A stretch of 64,000 bases of DNA from a virus (Duplodnaviria; Caudoviricetes): IMG/VR virus record IMGVR_UViG_3300035520_001286, positions 4,532-68,531 of that record; one strand, given 5' to 3'. The translations under genes were made by a program, and so were the position numbers. Positions 39,062 to 46,901 of the stretch are shown here, piece after piece; position 1 is the first letter of the stretch, and the number at the start of each line of letters is the position of its first letter. Below the pieces are notes generated by a model. That model was not told the origin of the DNA. It ran no database searches and saw only the letters and a program-made list of their open reading frames with translations.

Positions 39062-39664
39062 TTAAATCCTTGTTGCAACATTAACTTGTCGCTCAAACTC
39101 TTTATCCATGAACACATTCCATTTGCTGAGTTCAATAGGATCTGCCTCAGTTATGCTATAAACGTTGGGGTGCAAATAATTACAATCTTTAAAAAATTGA
39201 TCACGTTTAATGTTGTTTATACATATGCTGTTGATCCTTGTTTCATTTTCAAATGTACCGTTGCTATGTTGTTTCCTATATGCAACCCATACTTTTGTTT
39301 TGGCTTTATTTCGTACTAATTTGCTTGTCCCATACGTGTCAGTAGCTACTTTTTTGTTTGGAACCATTTCAAATTTTTCCGTATCTTTGTTTTTGTTTAC
39401 TAATTTATTAAATATGCTTATATACCTTTCGTAGCGTTCAACATCTTCTTTTGTATTTATATAACCATTCATGTATTTATAGCCTATTGTACCGGATAAA
39501 ATAAAAGTACCTATTTCTAATGTTGGGTGTACTTTATTCTCTTTAATAAGCTTTTCGGCATTGGCCTTGCAGATTGGTATTTGCGAATAGCTATATTTGA
39601 TTTGGTTAGTACATTGCATTAAAAATAGGCACTTATTCTGTTTTTTGAACATCCAATATTGCAT
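39062..39664 (-). CDS. hypothetical protein, 200 aa
   Basis: ORF track; AAGGA RBS. Confidence 0.65.
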   Translation of the reverse strand: MQYWMFKKQNKCLFLMQCTNQIKYSYSQIPICKANAEKLIKENKVHPTLEIGTFILSGTIGYKYMNGYINTKEDVERYERYISIFNKLVNKNKDTEKFEMVPNKKVATDTYGTSKLVRNKAKTKVWVAYRKQHSNGTFENETRINSICINNIKRDQFFKDCNYLHPNVYSITEADPIELSKWNVFMDKEFERQVNVATRI

Positions 39665-39708
39665 TTTTATATTTCCTTTTGTAATTTGATCTTATTTTAA
39701 CTTTAGGG

Positions 39709-39797
39709 CTTTCTGGTTTAATTCTGGGACATTTTGCAATATAATTTAATTATTTATATTACTTATTGCTCTTGTGTCTCTGGTGCCATTTTAAAGG
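39709..39797. promoter_or_regulatory. paired inverted box, copy F
   Basis: CTTTCTGGTTTAATTCTGGGACA - 43 bp - TGTCTCTGG. Confidence 0.6.
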
Positions 39798-40407
39798 CTT
39801 CTGAATCTGGCATATGCACACCAATGGACTCAACTGAAAGTTCATACGTAATATGGCTTTCTTCTATATTATTAATTATTTTTTTGTATGTTCTACTTTG
39901 TAATCTACCTTGGCAATAGACCATTTCTTTATTGTTAGGTTTTAATTTACTAACAAATTTAGCATTCGTACTCCAAGCAATACAAGGAATATAATAACTA
40001 TGATTAGACTTTTCTTTATTAATTGCTAAAGTAAAATCACAAATTTGTTTTTTTAGTGGTGTTTCCCTTAAATTAGGTAATTTACAAATAAAGCCAGCTA
40101 AACATACTTTATTTTCATATTCTTGATCTTCGATATTTCTTACTGTATTTGCAAATACATATAATTTTAATTTTTGTTTATCGTCAATTGTTTCATTTTT
40201 AGTTCTAACACTTCCGTTAATTTCTACAAATTTATTAGTATCAATAAACTCATATTTGCTATAAGGAATATGAACTATTAATTCGTCTGCTATACCAGAT
40301 AAACGATTAGTTGCAACTTTAATAATAGCAAATTTCCTATTGTATGCTTCATATTCTTGTAGTGTTTCGATAATTTTTCCTTTCAGTATTATTTGGTTCA
40401 TTTTCAT
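39763..40407 (-). CDS. ssb: single-stranded DNA-binding protein, tandem OB-fold clostridial type
   Basis: RLSGIADEL, VEINGSVRT, NKVCLAGFICK, YYIPCIAW, QGRLQSRTY, TYELSV. Confidence 0.85.
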   Translation of the reverse strand: MKMNQIILKGKIIETLQEYEAYNRKFAIIKVATNRLSGIADELIVHIPYSKYEFIDTNKFVEINGSVRTKNETIDDKQKLKLYVFANTVRNIEDQEYENKVCLAGFICKLPNLRETPLKKQICDFTLAINKEKSNHSYYIPCIAWSTNAKFVSKLKPNNKEMVYCQGRLQSRTYKKIINNIEESHITYELSVESIGVHMPDSEAFKMAPETQEQ

Positions 40408-40463
40408 CTACCCTTTTTTGTTGTTTATTTATATTATACCTTATTTAGTATATTTTTAAAATT

Positions 40464-40539
40464 TGGTCGGAAAGGTTGGACTCGAACCAACGGCAACCAC
40501 TTTATAAGAATGGCCCCATCACCCCTTGGGTACTTTCCG
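40464..40539 (-). tRNA. tRNA-Ile(UAU)
   Basis: Full cloverleaf: acceptor CGGAAAG/CTTTCCG, anticodon loop CT-TAT-AA, TTCGAGT T-loop, encoded CCA; 76 nt. Confidence 0.9.
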
Positions 40540-40544
40540 ATAGT

Positions 40545-40635
40545 ATAGGGGATAAAAATAACTAATTAACACACAGGGGAAAATACAAACTGGAGGTAAA
40601 TGGACAATTCACATATTAGCTATTTTATTCCCTAT
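40545..40635 (-). ncRNA. long hairpin RNA between tRNA-Lys and tRNA-Ile with C/U-rich loop
   Basis: About 20-bp imperfect terminal stem ATAGGGAATAAAATAGCTAAT / ATTAGTTATTTTTATCCCCTAT; loop contains UUACCUCC and UUUUCCCC. Confidence 0.55.
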
Positions 40636-40711
40636 TGGTAACCCATTTGAGATTTGAACTCAATACCCCGAAATTAAAAGTTTCGTGCTCTACCAAATGA
40701 GCTAATGGATT
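40636..40711 (-). tRNA. tRNA-Lys(UUU)
   Basis: Cloverleaf: AATCCAT/ATGGGTT, GCTC/GAGC D-stem, CGAAA-CTTTTAA-TTTCG, TTCAAAT, CCA; 76 nt. Confidence 0.92.
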
Positions 40712-40718
40712 ATATATA

Positions 40719-40821
40719 CTTAAACATGGCTGACGGTTTTACCCACATTTAACAAATAAACATCCTACAAAATTATAAAATAATACAATTTCCCAACTTT
40801 TAATAATGCACCATGTTTAAG
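40719..40821 (-). ncRNA. stem-enclosed spacer RNA between tRNA-Leu and tRNA-Lys
   Basis: Perfect 11-bp terminal stem CTTAAACATGG/CCATGTTTAAG enclosing 81 nt. Confidence 0.45.
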
Positions 40822-40825
40822 GTTT

Positions 40826-40912
40826 TGGTCGGAAGAATGAGATTTGAACTCATATGATATTTCTATCGAGGGATTTTAAATCCCTTGTGTCTGCCTGTTC
40901 CACCATCCTCCG
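40826..40912 (-). tRNA. tRNA-Leu(UAA)
   Basis: CGGAGGA/TCTTCCG acceptor, AGGGA-TTTAAAA-TCCCT anticodon arm, long variable arm, TTCAAAT, CCA; 87 nt. Confidence 0.92.
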
Positions 40913-40917
40913 ATATT

Positions 40918-41022
40918 GGTTATAATATTACTTTTGATTCTGGTAATAATCAATTTCATTATATTAGGTTAGCTACTCCTAATAATTATAACCTCAAATT
41001 TACATTGCTTTACCAGAGCAAT
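40918..41022 (-). ncRNA. structured RNA with four helices and a 7-bp loop-loop pseudoknot
   Basis: P1 ATTGCT/AGCAAT (loop CTGGTAA); P2 GGTTATAAT/ATTATAACC; P3 TATTAGG/CCTAATA; P4 TTGATT/AATCAA (loop ATTACCAG); CTGGTAA is complementary to TTACCAG. Confidence 0.65.
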
Positions 41023-41028
41023 TAAATT

Positions 41029-41099
41029 AGCACTATCTCAGACTCGAACTGAATCTTCCCATATAGTGGGCTGTTTTTCCTTCTTAAACTAAATAGTGA
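41029..41099 (-). tRNA. tRNA-like element with shortened anticodon arm (5-nt loop CUAUA), no CCA
   Basis: Acceptor (T)CACTAT/ATAGTG, D-arm GTTT..GG..AAAC, T-arm TTCAG-TTCGAGT-CTGAG, anticodon arm CCCA-CTATA-TGGG. Confidence 0.65.
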
Positions 41100-41105
41100 T
41101 ATTGT

Positions 41106-41174
41106 TGCCACATATAAGATTTGAACTTATATTTGCTAATAATTTAGCCGCTCTTCCTATTGAGCTAATGAGGC
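41106..41174 (-). tRNA. tRNA-like element with 4-nt anticodon loop (AUUA), ends ACA rather than CCA
   Basis: GCCTCAT/ATGTGGC, GCTC-AATAGGAA-GAGC, GCTAA-ATTA-TTAGC, ATAAG-TTCAAAT-CTTAT; 69 nt. Confidence 0.7.
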
Positions 41175-41177
41175 ATC

Positions 41178-41213
41178 TTATTACTATTAATAACTGAAAA
41201 TTAATAGTAATAA
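41178..41213. other. 13-bp inverted repeat at the 5' side of the RNA cluster
   Basis: TTATTACTATTAA / TTAATAGTAATAA. Confidence 0.5.
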
Positions 41214-41292
41214 AAAAAATAATTATGAGGGTTGTAAAATATAAAAAATTATATTTACATTTATATTATACTTAAACATTTAAATTATATTC

Positions 41293-41754
41293 TTAAAATT
41301 CAGAAATTACTTTATCATATTCACCATTGAATTTTAAGCAATTATCAAATAAGAAATTTACATTTACTAATGCATCATAATTTAAAACCATAAATTCTTT
41401 CGTTTCTTTAAAAATCTCAAGTTTATGCTGTAATATTTTCATTCCTTTTTTTGCATTTTCAACAATTTCATTTTTTGTTGTAATGTCATCTAAAACTCCA
41501 TCTTTGATCTTTTTATCTAATGTTTGATCACCATTTAAGTATTCATTTAAAATACTAATGGTTTTCTCTTGTACTTCAATGTTGGAATCTAACTCTACAA
41601 TATTTTTAGAAATTGTATTTGCATAATTATCTAACGCTTCAATAAATTGTTCTTTTAAGCTTTTTTTAGCTTTTTCATTTTCTGCCTTCATGTTTTTATT
41701 AATATTATCACATACAGAATTAATATAATTTACTCTTTCTTGTTCTTTACTCAT
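41293..41754 (-). CDS. coiled-coil hypothetical protein
   Basis: ORF track; GAAGG RBS. Confidence 0.65.
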   Translation of the reverse strand: MSKEQERVNYINSVCDNINKNMKAENEKAKKSLKEQFIEALDNYANTISKNIVELDSNIEVQEKTISILNEYLNGDQTLDKKIKDGVLDDITTKNEIVENAKKGMKILQHKLEIFKETKEFMVLNYDALVNVNFLFDNCLKFNGEYDKVISEF

Positions 41755-42532
41755 CGTTATTACCTTCTTTATTATTGTTTTTTCTTATAATTTCTGGGAT
41801 AGTCCGTGCTTTCTTTTTCCTGCTTTTTACTGGCTTGTCTTGTTTTTGTTTTAACTTATTATTTTTTCTTGCTTCTTCTAAGTATATTGTACTTACTCCG
41901 TCTTCTCTTTTAAAACTTTCTGTGTTTTCACTCGTTGCTTGGGAATTTATTAAATCCCTCAATGTATCTTTTGAAAGTTTTCTATAATCAACAGCAATAT
42001 TTACATTATCAACTACTTTAAAACCAAGCATTTCGTTAGTATTAATTTCACCTTTAATCTCAACTTTATCCCCCCATGTATTGGGATCTAAACGTTTGAG
42101 TATTTCAAGTGCCATTTTGGGATCAGGCGGTGTCTTCCTCTTAGTAGTTATTGTTTTTTTAGAAAATCCATTATCTTCAACTCTTATCTCCTTTGTAATT
42201 TGACCATTAATTGTTGCATCAATTAATATTTTAGTTAAACTTTCTTGCAGTTCAGCCCTTTTATCGATTAAGGCTGCCCTATATGTCATTGTTGCTTCTG
42301 GTGATTCTTCAATATATGCTTTTAAATCATTTGCACTTATCTGCAATAATTTTGCGACAGAACTAATTGATCCAGTTGCACTGCGCATTGTTGCATAATA
42401 AATATCGGATAACGTTGATTTAGAAGCACATTTCCCAGTCTTTACGTTTTGATAACAATTTCTTACATCGTTAACTACATCAGGAAAATATTTCTCTAAA
42501 TTAAGATTATTATCCTCTATTATCTTATCCAT
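41747..42532 (-). CDS. terminase small subunit-like protein
   Basis: HTH-like N-terminus (ISSVAKLLQISANDL) and TTKRKTPPDPKMALEILKRLDPNTWGDKVEIKGEI, typical of TerS families. Confidence 0.7.
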   Translation of the reverse strand: MDKIIEDNNLNLEKYFPDVVNDVRNCYQNVKTGKCASKSTLSDIYYATMRSATGSISSVAKLLQISANDLKAYIEESPEATMTYRAALIDKRAELQESLTKILIDATINGQITKEIRVEDNGFSKKTITTKRKTPPDPKMALEILKRLDPNTWGDKVEIKGEINTNEMLGFKVVDNVNIAVDYRKLSKDTLRDLINSQATSENTESFKREDGVSTIYLEEARKNNKLKQKQDKPVKSRKKKARTIPEIIRKNNNKEGNNDE

Positions 42533-42911
42533 TATTCAACTCTTCACATCTAATTTCTGCTTCTTTTATATTATCAAAAACATCACATTCAAAAACATAC
42601 TCATTATTAATTCTATACTTTCTGGTTCCATTATATGCTAATTCACTAACACAACCAAAAAATACATCAAACTTCCAAATGGAAATAACCCTATTAAAAT
42701 TGTCTGCTTTTGAAGTATTGATATATTTTACATAATAAACTTCTTGATCTATTTTATATTTAAAATCAATGCTACAACCATAATTTTCTATACAAGAATC
42801 TTCTTTTACTTCATTATTTGCTGTTTCAACAATTTCGTTTTCTTCTTTCTTTTTTCTTCCTCTTTTAGGCTTATCTTCCGTAATTTCATTTATGTTTTCT
42901 AACTCATCCAT
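42525..42911 (-). CDS. hypothetical protein
   Basis: ORF track; KPKRGRKKK basic patch. Confidence 0.6.
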   Translation of the reverse strand: MDELENINEITEDKPKRGRKKKEENEIVETANNEVKEDSCIENYGCSIDFKYKIDQEVYYVKYINTSKADNFNRVISIWKFDVFFGCVSELAYNGTRKYRINNEYVFECDVFDNIKEAEIRCEELNNG

Positions 42912-42912
42912 T

Positions 42913-43434
42913 TTAATTATTCTCCTTAAATATCATAAATTTTTGTTTTATACTATTTAATCTACTATAAATAGTTTTTTCTGACCTATCAAGCATTTTT
43001 GCTATTTCAACTATTTTATACCTTTGTTGTTTTTTGTCTAATATGAATTTTTCCTCCTCTGTTAGTGTGTTAAAAAAATCTTTGTAATCTATATTAAACT
43101 CAACTAAATTTATTTCAGTTAATGTTTTATTTGTATATTGGCAATTATCATCATATTCTTCACTATTAATTTTTTCTATTTTATTACCTTTCCTTTTTGG
43201 TTTTATAACTGAGTTATAATTTATATACTGTAATATGCTATTTTTTATATAATTATAAGCATATGTACTAAATTTACCTTTATTTTTATTATATCTTAAT
43301 GCTGCTTTACATAAAGCTAAATATCCTTCTTGTAATATATCTTCATAATCATGAGTTATATGTAATTTATTTATTACGTAATTAACTAATTTGATATTAC
43401 TGTTTATTAAGTTTATTTGTTCTAAATTAAGCAT
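42913..43434 (-). CDS. sigma-70 family RNA polymerase sigma factor
   Basis: Region 2 NIKLVNYVI..EDILQEGYLALCKAALRYNKNKGKFSTYAY; region 4 EIAKMLDRSEKTIYSRL. Confidence 0.85.
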   Translation of the reverse strand: MLNLEQINLINSNIKLVNYVINKLHITHDYEDILQEGYLALCKAALRYNKNKGKFSTYAYNYIKNSILQYINYNSVIKPKRKGNKIEKINSEEYDDNCQYTNKTLTEINLVEFNIDYKDFFNTLTEEEKFILDKKQQRYKIVEIAKMLDRSEKTIYSRLNSIKQKFMIFKENN

Positions 43435-43624
43435 TATTATATAAACATAAAATAATATAATATATTACTATGTTTATATAATATTTGTTATATTAGATAA
43501 TATTATTAATTAATATTAAATAATATAATTAATATTATATTAATATAATAATATATATTATATACTAGAATAATAAATATATTTATATTATACTTTGTTT
43601 ATAATTAAAATATTCATGTAATTT

Positions 43625-43747
43625 TTATTTTGTATGATTATAAAAACTGCATAAACACTTTATAAATGACTTACAAATCAAAAGTATAATAAGAATAGGT
43701 AAAAGTATTATTATAGTAAGTGTTGACCATGAATTCTTCTTTTTCAT
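43625..43747 (-). CDS. 40-aa single-pass membrane peptide (not in ORF track): MKKKNSWSTLTIIILLPILIILLICKSFIKCLCSFYNHTK
   Basis: GAGGT RBS about 10 nt upstream; basic N-terminus followed by about 17 hydrophobic residues. Confidence 0.5.
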   Translation of the reverse strand: MKKKNSWSTLTIIILLPILIILLICKSFIKCLCSFYNHTK

Positions 43748-43786
43748 TTTGTTAAATACCTCATATTTATTTTTGCTTTATTTTAA

Positions 43787-43875
43787 GTCCTTATTTTAAC
43801 TCTGTGACACAGAAGCCTTTAGTAAATAAAATATTTTAAAGGATTCTTTTTATGTCACAGAGTTAATCTGGTGAC
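43787..43875. promoter_or_regulatory. paired inverted box, copy G (best-conserved)
   Basis: GTCCTTATTTTAACTCTGTGACA - 43 bp - TGTCACAGAGTTAATCTGGTGAC; 14-bp perfect inverted match. Confidence 0.85.
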
Positions 43876-43882
43876 TTTAGGA

Positions 43883-44431
43883 TTAATCATGGAGTCCACT
43901 ATAGATTTTTTGTTTAATTACTTTTAGCATTTTGCTTATATTGCACTGTGAATAATGGACCTCATTTGCTATTTCTTGTTGTGTATAACCTTTTTGAGCC
44001 AATTCAATAATTTGCATATATACTTTTGGTTCATTTGTTAGAATTTGCTCAATATAGATTTTAGATTCTATTGTGAGTAAATTGCAATCTTCTTCGCCAT
44101 AAACATTAAGCATGTCTAAGTCTTTATCATCATCATTTTGAATAGCAAAACCAATCTCTTTGCCTTTTCCATGAATGATTTTATATACATACTTAAGCAT
44201 ACTAAAATAAATTTGTCTTACTGCAAATGTGCAAAACTTAATATTTTTCGATTGATCATACTTTAAGCAAGATTTCCATAATGCTATATAACCTTCTTGC
44301 ATAATGTCATCTTTATTTTTGAGTACGTCATTTGATTTTGTAATTGAGGTATTAAATACATATGGAACTAATTTTATGTTCTTTTCATATAATTCATTTG
44401 CCTCAACCATTTTTGTTTGTTTGTTTTCCAT
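43883..44431 (-). CDS. sigma-70 family RNA polymerase sigma factor (second)
   Basis: NIKLVPYVF..DDIMQEGYIALWKSCLKYD..KFCTFA; region 4 GYTQQEIANEVHYSQCNISK. Confidence 0.85.
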   Translation of the reverse strand: MENKQTKMVEANELYEKNIKLVPYVFNTSITKSNDVLKNKDDIMQEGYIALWKSCLKYDQSKNIKFCTFAVRQIYFSMLKYVYKIIHGKGKEIGFAIQNDDDKDLDMLNVYGEEDCNLLTIESKIYIEQILTNEPKVYMQIIELAQKGYTQQEIANEVHYSQCNISKMLKVIKQKIYSGLHD

Positions 44432-44480
44432 TTTTGCTCCTTATGCTATTTGAAATAGCTATTTTGTATTTTGTAATTCC

Positions 44481-44509
44481 ATTATAATACATTTTTACAA
44501 ACTTGTAAA
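44481..44509 (-). promoter_or_regulatory. sigmaA-type promoter with overlapping palindromic operator
   Basis: TTTACA-N17-TATAAT on the minus strand; near-palindrome TTTACAAACTTGTAAA (44494-44509) over the -35. Confidence 0.7.
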
Positions 44510-44533
44510 CTGTTTGAGGCAATTTTTTAAAAA

Positions 44534-44827
44534 TTATTTTATTAATTTTTCGATAATTATTTTTTTAATGGCTTCTCTATCGTTAACATCTAAATTTAAT
44601 TCAGATAAATCTATTGTATCGCATGAATCAACCCAAACACCAACTATTTCTTTTCTAAGATCTTCATCTTCTATCAACTTCAAAAGCTCATTTATTTTAC
44701 TAATGTTTAAATGTCTTTTACCGCATTTCACCAAGCTAAGCATTGAAACACTGCACCCTATTTTTTTTGCAATTTCATTATCATTCATTTTCGTTATTTT
44801 TTTTATATCATATAAAATATCTTGCAT
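44534..44827 (-). CDS. XRE-family HTH transcriptional regulator
   Basis: MNDNEIAKKIGCSVSMLSLVKCGKRHL. Confidence 0.8.
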   Translation of the reverse strand: MQDILYDIKKITKMNDNEIAKKIGCSVSMLSLVKCGKRHLNISKINELLKLIEDEDLRKEIVGVWVDSCDTIDLSELNLDVNDREAIKKIIIEKLIK

Positions 44828-44838
44828 TTTAGTACTCC

Positions 44839-45390
44839 TTAGAAGCTATTCCACTTCAACACTTCATTTCTATTATTAATTTTATTTATTTTTTTCTTTA
44901 ATTCATTTGCTATATTGCCTATTTTTACTTGCTTTGTATTCAAACAAGATGGCAATAATAATTTTTGAAAATAGTCCATGAATTCTTTTAATTCATCGGG
45001 TTTTATTTTTACGTTTTGCATTTCACATGTAATATCGATATTGTTATCATTAAACATTTTAATGACTTTACTTCTTGTAAACACATAGGTAAATTCCTTG
45101 AATAGTTCAAGATCATTAATAAAAATTTTGCCCATATTATTTAGCATTTTTACTGCTTTATCATATTCTTTTTCTTTTGAGAATTTGAAGTATACTTCTT
45201 TTCTTATCTTTTTCGAGCAGCTAAATAATTCATTTATTGTATATTGGCTTTTGTATTGATAAATTGCTTCATCTAAATTTATATTAAATGAATTTAGCAA
45301 ATTACAACTAGAACCATCGCATTTATGCGTGTATAATTTTATGCCATATTCGTTAACATACATAGTTTCCTTATTATGAGGACAAATCAT
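44839..45390 (-). CDS. hypothetical protein
   Basis: ORF track; N-terminal CPH...C...C. Confidence 0.65.
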   Translation of the reverse strand: MICPHNKETMYVNEYGIKLYTHKCDGSSCNLLNSFNINLDEAIYQYKSQYTINELFSCSKKIRKEVYFKFSKEKEYDKAVKMLNNMGKIFINDLELFKEFTYVFTRSKVIKMFNDNNIDITCEMQNVKIKPDELKEFMDYFQKLLLPSCLNTKQVKIGNIANELKKKINKINNRNEVLKWNSF

Positions 45391-46877
45391 ACTCTCAACT
45401 CCTTCATTAAAAATTTACTTATAATGCTTGGTAATTGTTCTATTGCAATTCCATTGTTGTTCGATATTAATATTTCCAAAAATTTAATATTATATTTTTT
45501 CTCTAAATTCTTTTTGAGTTCAATAAATTCACATTGATCTGCATATTCGCCATCTGTAACTATTATGCAAATTCTTTTTGTATTCTGAAAAACTATTTGT
45601 TGATCTATTAATTTTAAAGCATCACATACATGTGTGCCACCATCAGAAAAATCATTAATACCACAATCTTTTGTTTTCTGATTAATATCTTTCACAATTT
45701 TTGCATATGAACTAAAATCAATTAAACAAGATCTCATTGTGCTTAGATTTTCTAATGCTGCTAACATTATACAAATTATATATGCATATTGTTTTTTAAA
45801 ATTATATGTAGAACCAGATACGTCTCTGCATATAATTACATCTGCACCTTCTTTCGCTAATTTATTAATTTTATAATATTTGCCACTTTCACCTATCTTT
45901 TCTGACAGATAAAGTTCTTGTTGTTTTGATAAATTAATTTCTCCATCCATTGAAGGAATAAACATTCTTGTGCTCAATATTCTTTTGAACATTTGCCTTA
46001 ATGTATTGATTTCTTTACCAAAATTTGCTAACACGTAATTAAATATTTTATTTTCACTATCTTGGTTTTGCTCAATATTGTTAGCATTTTTTTGTTGCAA
46101 TATTTTTGCTTTTAATGCATTTGTGTTGATCTTTTGATTATTGCCTTGTTTTTTATCATTTGAATCACAGATATCTTTCATGGAATTGATATCATTGATA
46201 TCTTTCTTATTAAATAACGTTACGTCCTCTTTTATTTTAGCATTGTTCTTGATATCATTTCTATTGCTATTTAACTTTTCACATATTAAATTATAAATTA
46301 ACTTAGAGGCATTAATGACATCTTCAGTTGTGCCCCTTCTTGTGATACTATTCAAACAAAAGACCATACTTTCAAATTTGCCAATTGCTCTTTTGCACCT
46401 ACCAAATCTTACAATATTATATACTTCACTTAATTCATTTTTCAATAAATCTTTACTATTTGATTCATTATACTCTACCTCAATATCTTTTTTCAAAGTG
46501 CTTAAGGAAATTTCAAAATATAATGAAAGTGTTGGTTGTTGCTTAATAAATTGATACTCTATTCTTGCATCTTCAAGAACATTTACTATATAATGAAGTA
46601 CTTGATCATTCTCTATTTTCATTATCTTACTAAAATCAGAATAAAGAACATGAGCATATTCGTGGAGCATAATTGCTGTTTCCAATTCATCATATTCAAT
46701 AATAGAATCCAAATCGCTAAGCTTTAGCATTGCTTCTATTTTTTGTTTATTGTATATTACAGTGAAAATATTTTGTGATAAATTTACTGGCGTTGTTCCA
46801 GCAAGTCCATTAAAATTAATATCATTAAATACGTTTACTATTTTGTTTTTTATAAAATTTTCAACTTTAGGTATCAT
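45387..46877 (-). CDS. VWA-domain protein with N-terminal HEXXH metallopeptidase-like domain
   Basis: HEYAH and NVLEDARIE; MIDAS RDVSGST, GGT, VTDG. Confidence 0.85.
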   Translation of the reverse strand: MIPKVENFIKNKIVNVFNDINFNGLAGTTPVNLSQNIFTVIYNKQKIEAMLKLSDLDSIIEYDELETAIMLHEYAHVLYSDFSKIMKIENDQVLHYIVNVLEDARIEYQFIKQQPTLSLYFEISLSTLKKDIEVEYNESNSKDLLKNELSEVYNIVRFGRCKRAIGKFESMVFCLNSITRRGTTEDVINASKLIYNLICEKLNSNRNDIKNNAKIKEDVTLFNKKDINDINSMKDICDSNDKKQGNNQKINTNALKAKILQQKNANNIEQNQDSENKIFNYVLANFGKEINTLRQMFKRILSTRMFIPSMDGEINLSKQQELYLSEKIGESGKYYKINKLAKEGADVIICRDVSGSTYNFKKQYAYIICIMLAALENLSTMRSCLIDFSSYAKIVKDINQKTKDCGINDFSDGGTHVCDALKLIDQQIVFQNTKRICIIVTDGEYADQCEFIELKKNLEKKYNIKFLEILISNNNGIAIEQLPSIISKFLMKELRV

Positions 46878-46901
46878 ATTTGAAATTGTTCCTGATCTAT
46901 T

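Noticed and set aside
40600-40641. Plus-strand mini-ORF MDNSHISYFIPYW with a GGAGG RBS
   Set aside because: The RBS-to-ATG spacing is only about 3 nt, the ORF is antisense to the tRNA operon, and it overlaps the tRNA-Lys 3' end; the sequence is better explained as the loop of the minus-strand hairpin.
40540-41030. HDV-like theta ribozymes at tRNA 3' ends
   Set aside because: The spacers after the tRNAs do not show the nested P1/P1.1/P2/P3/P4 order or a G-start P1 at the tRNA boundary; the folds I found are different.
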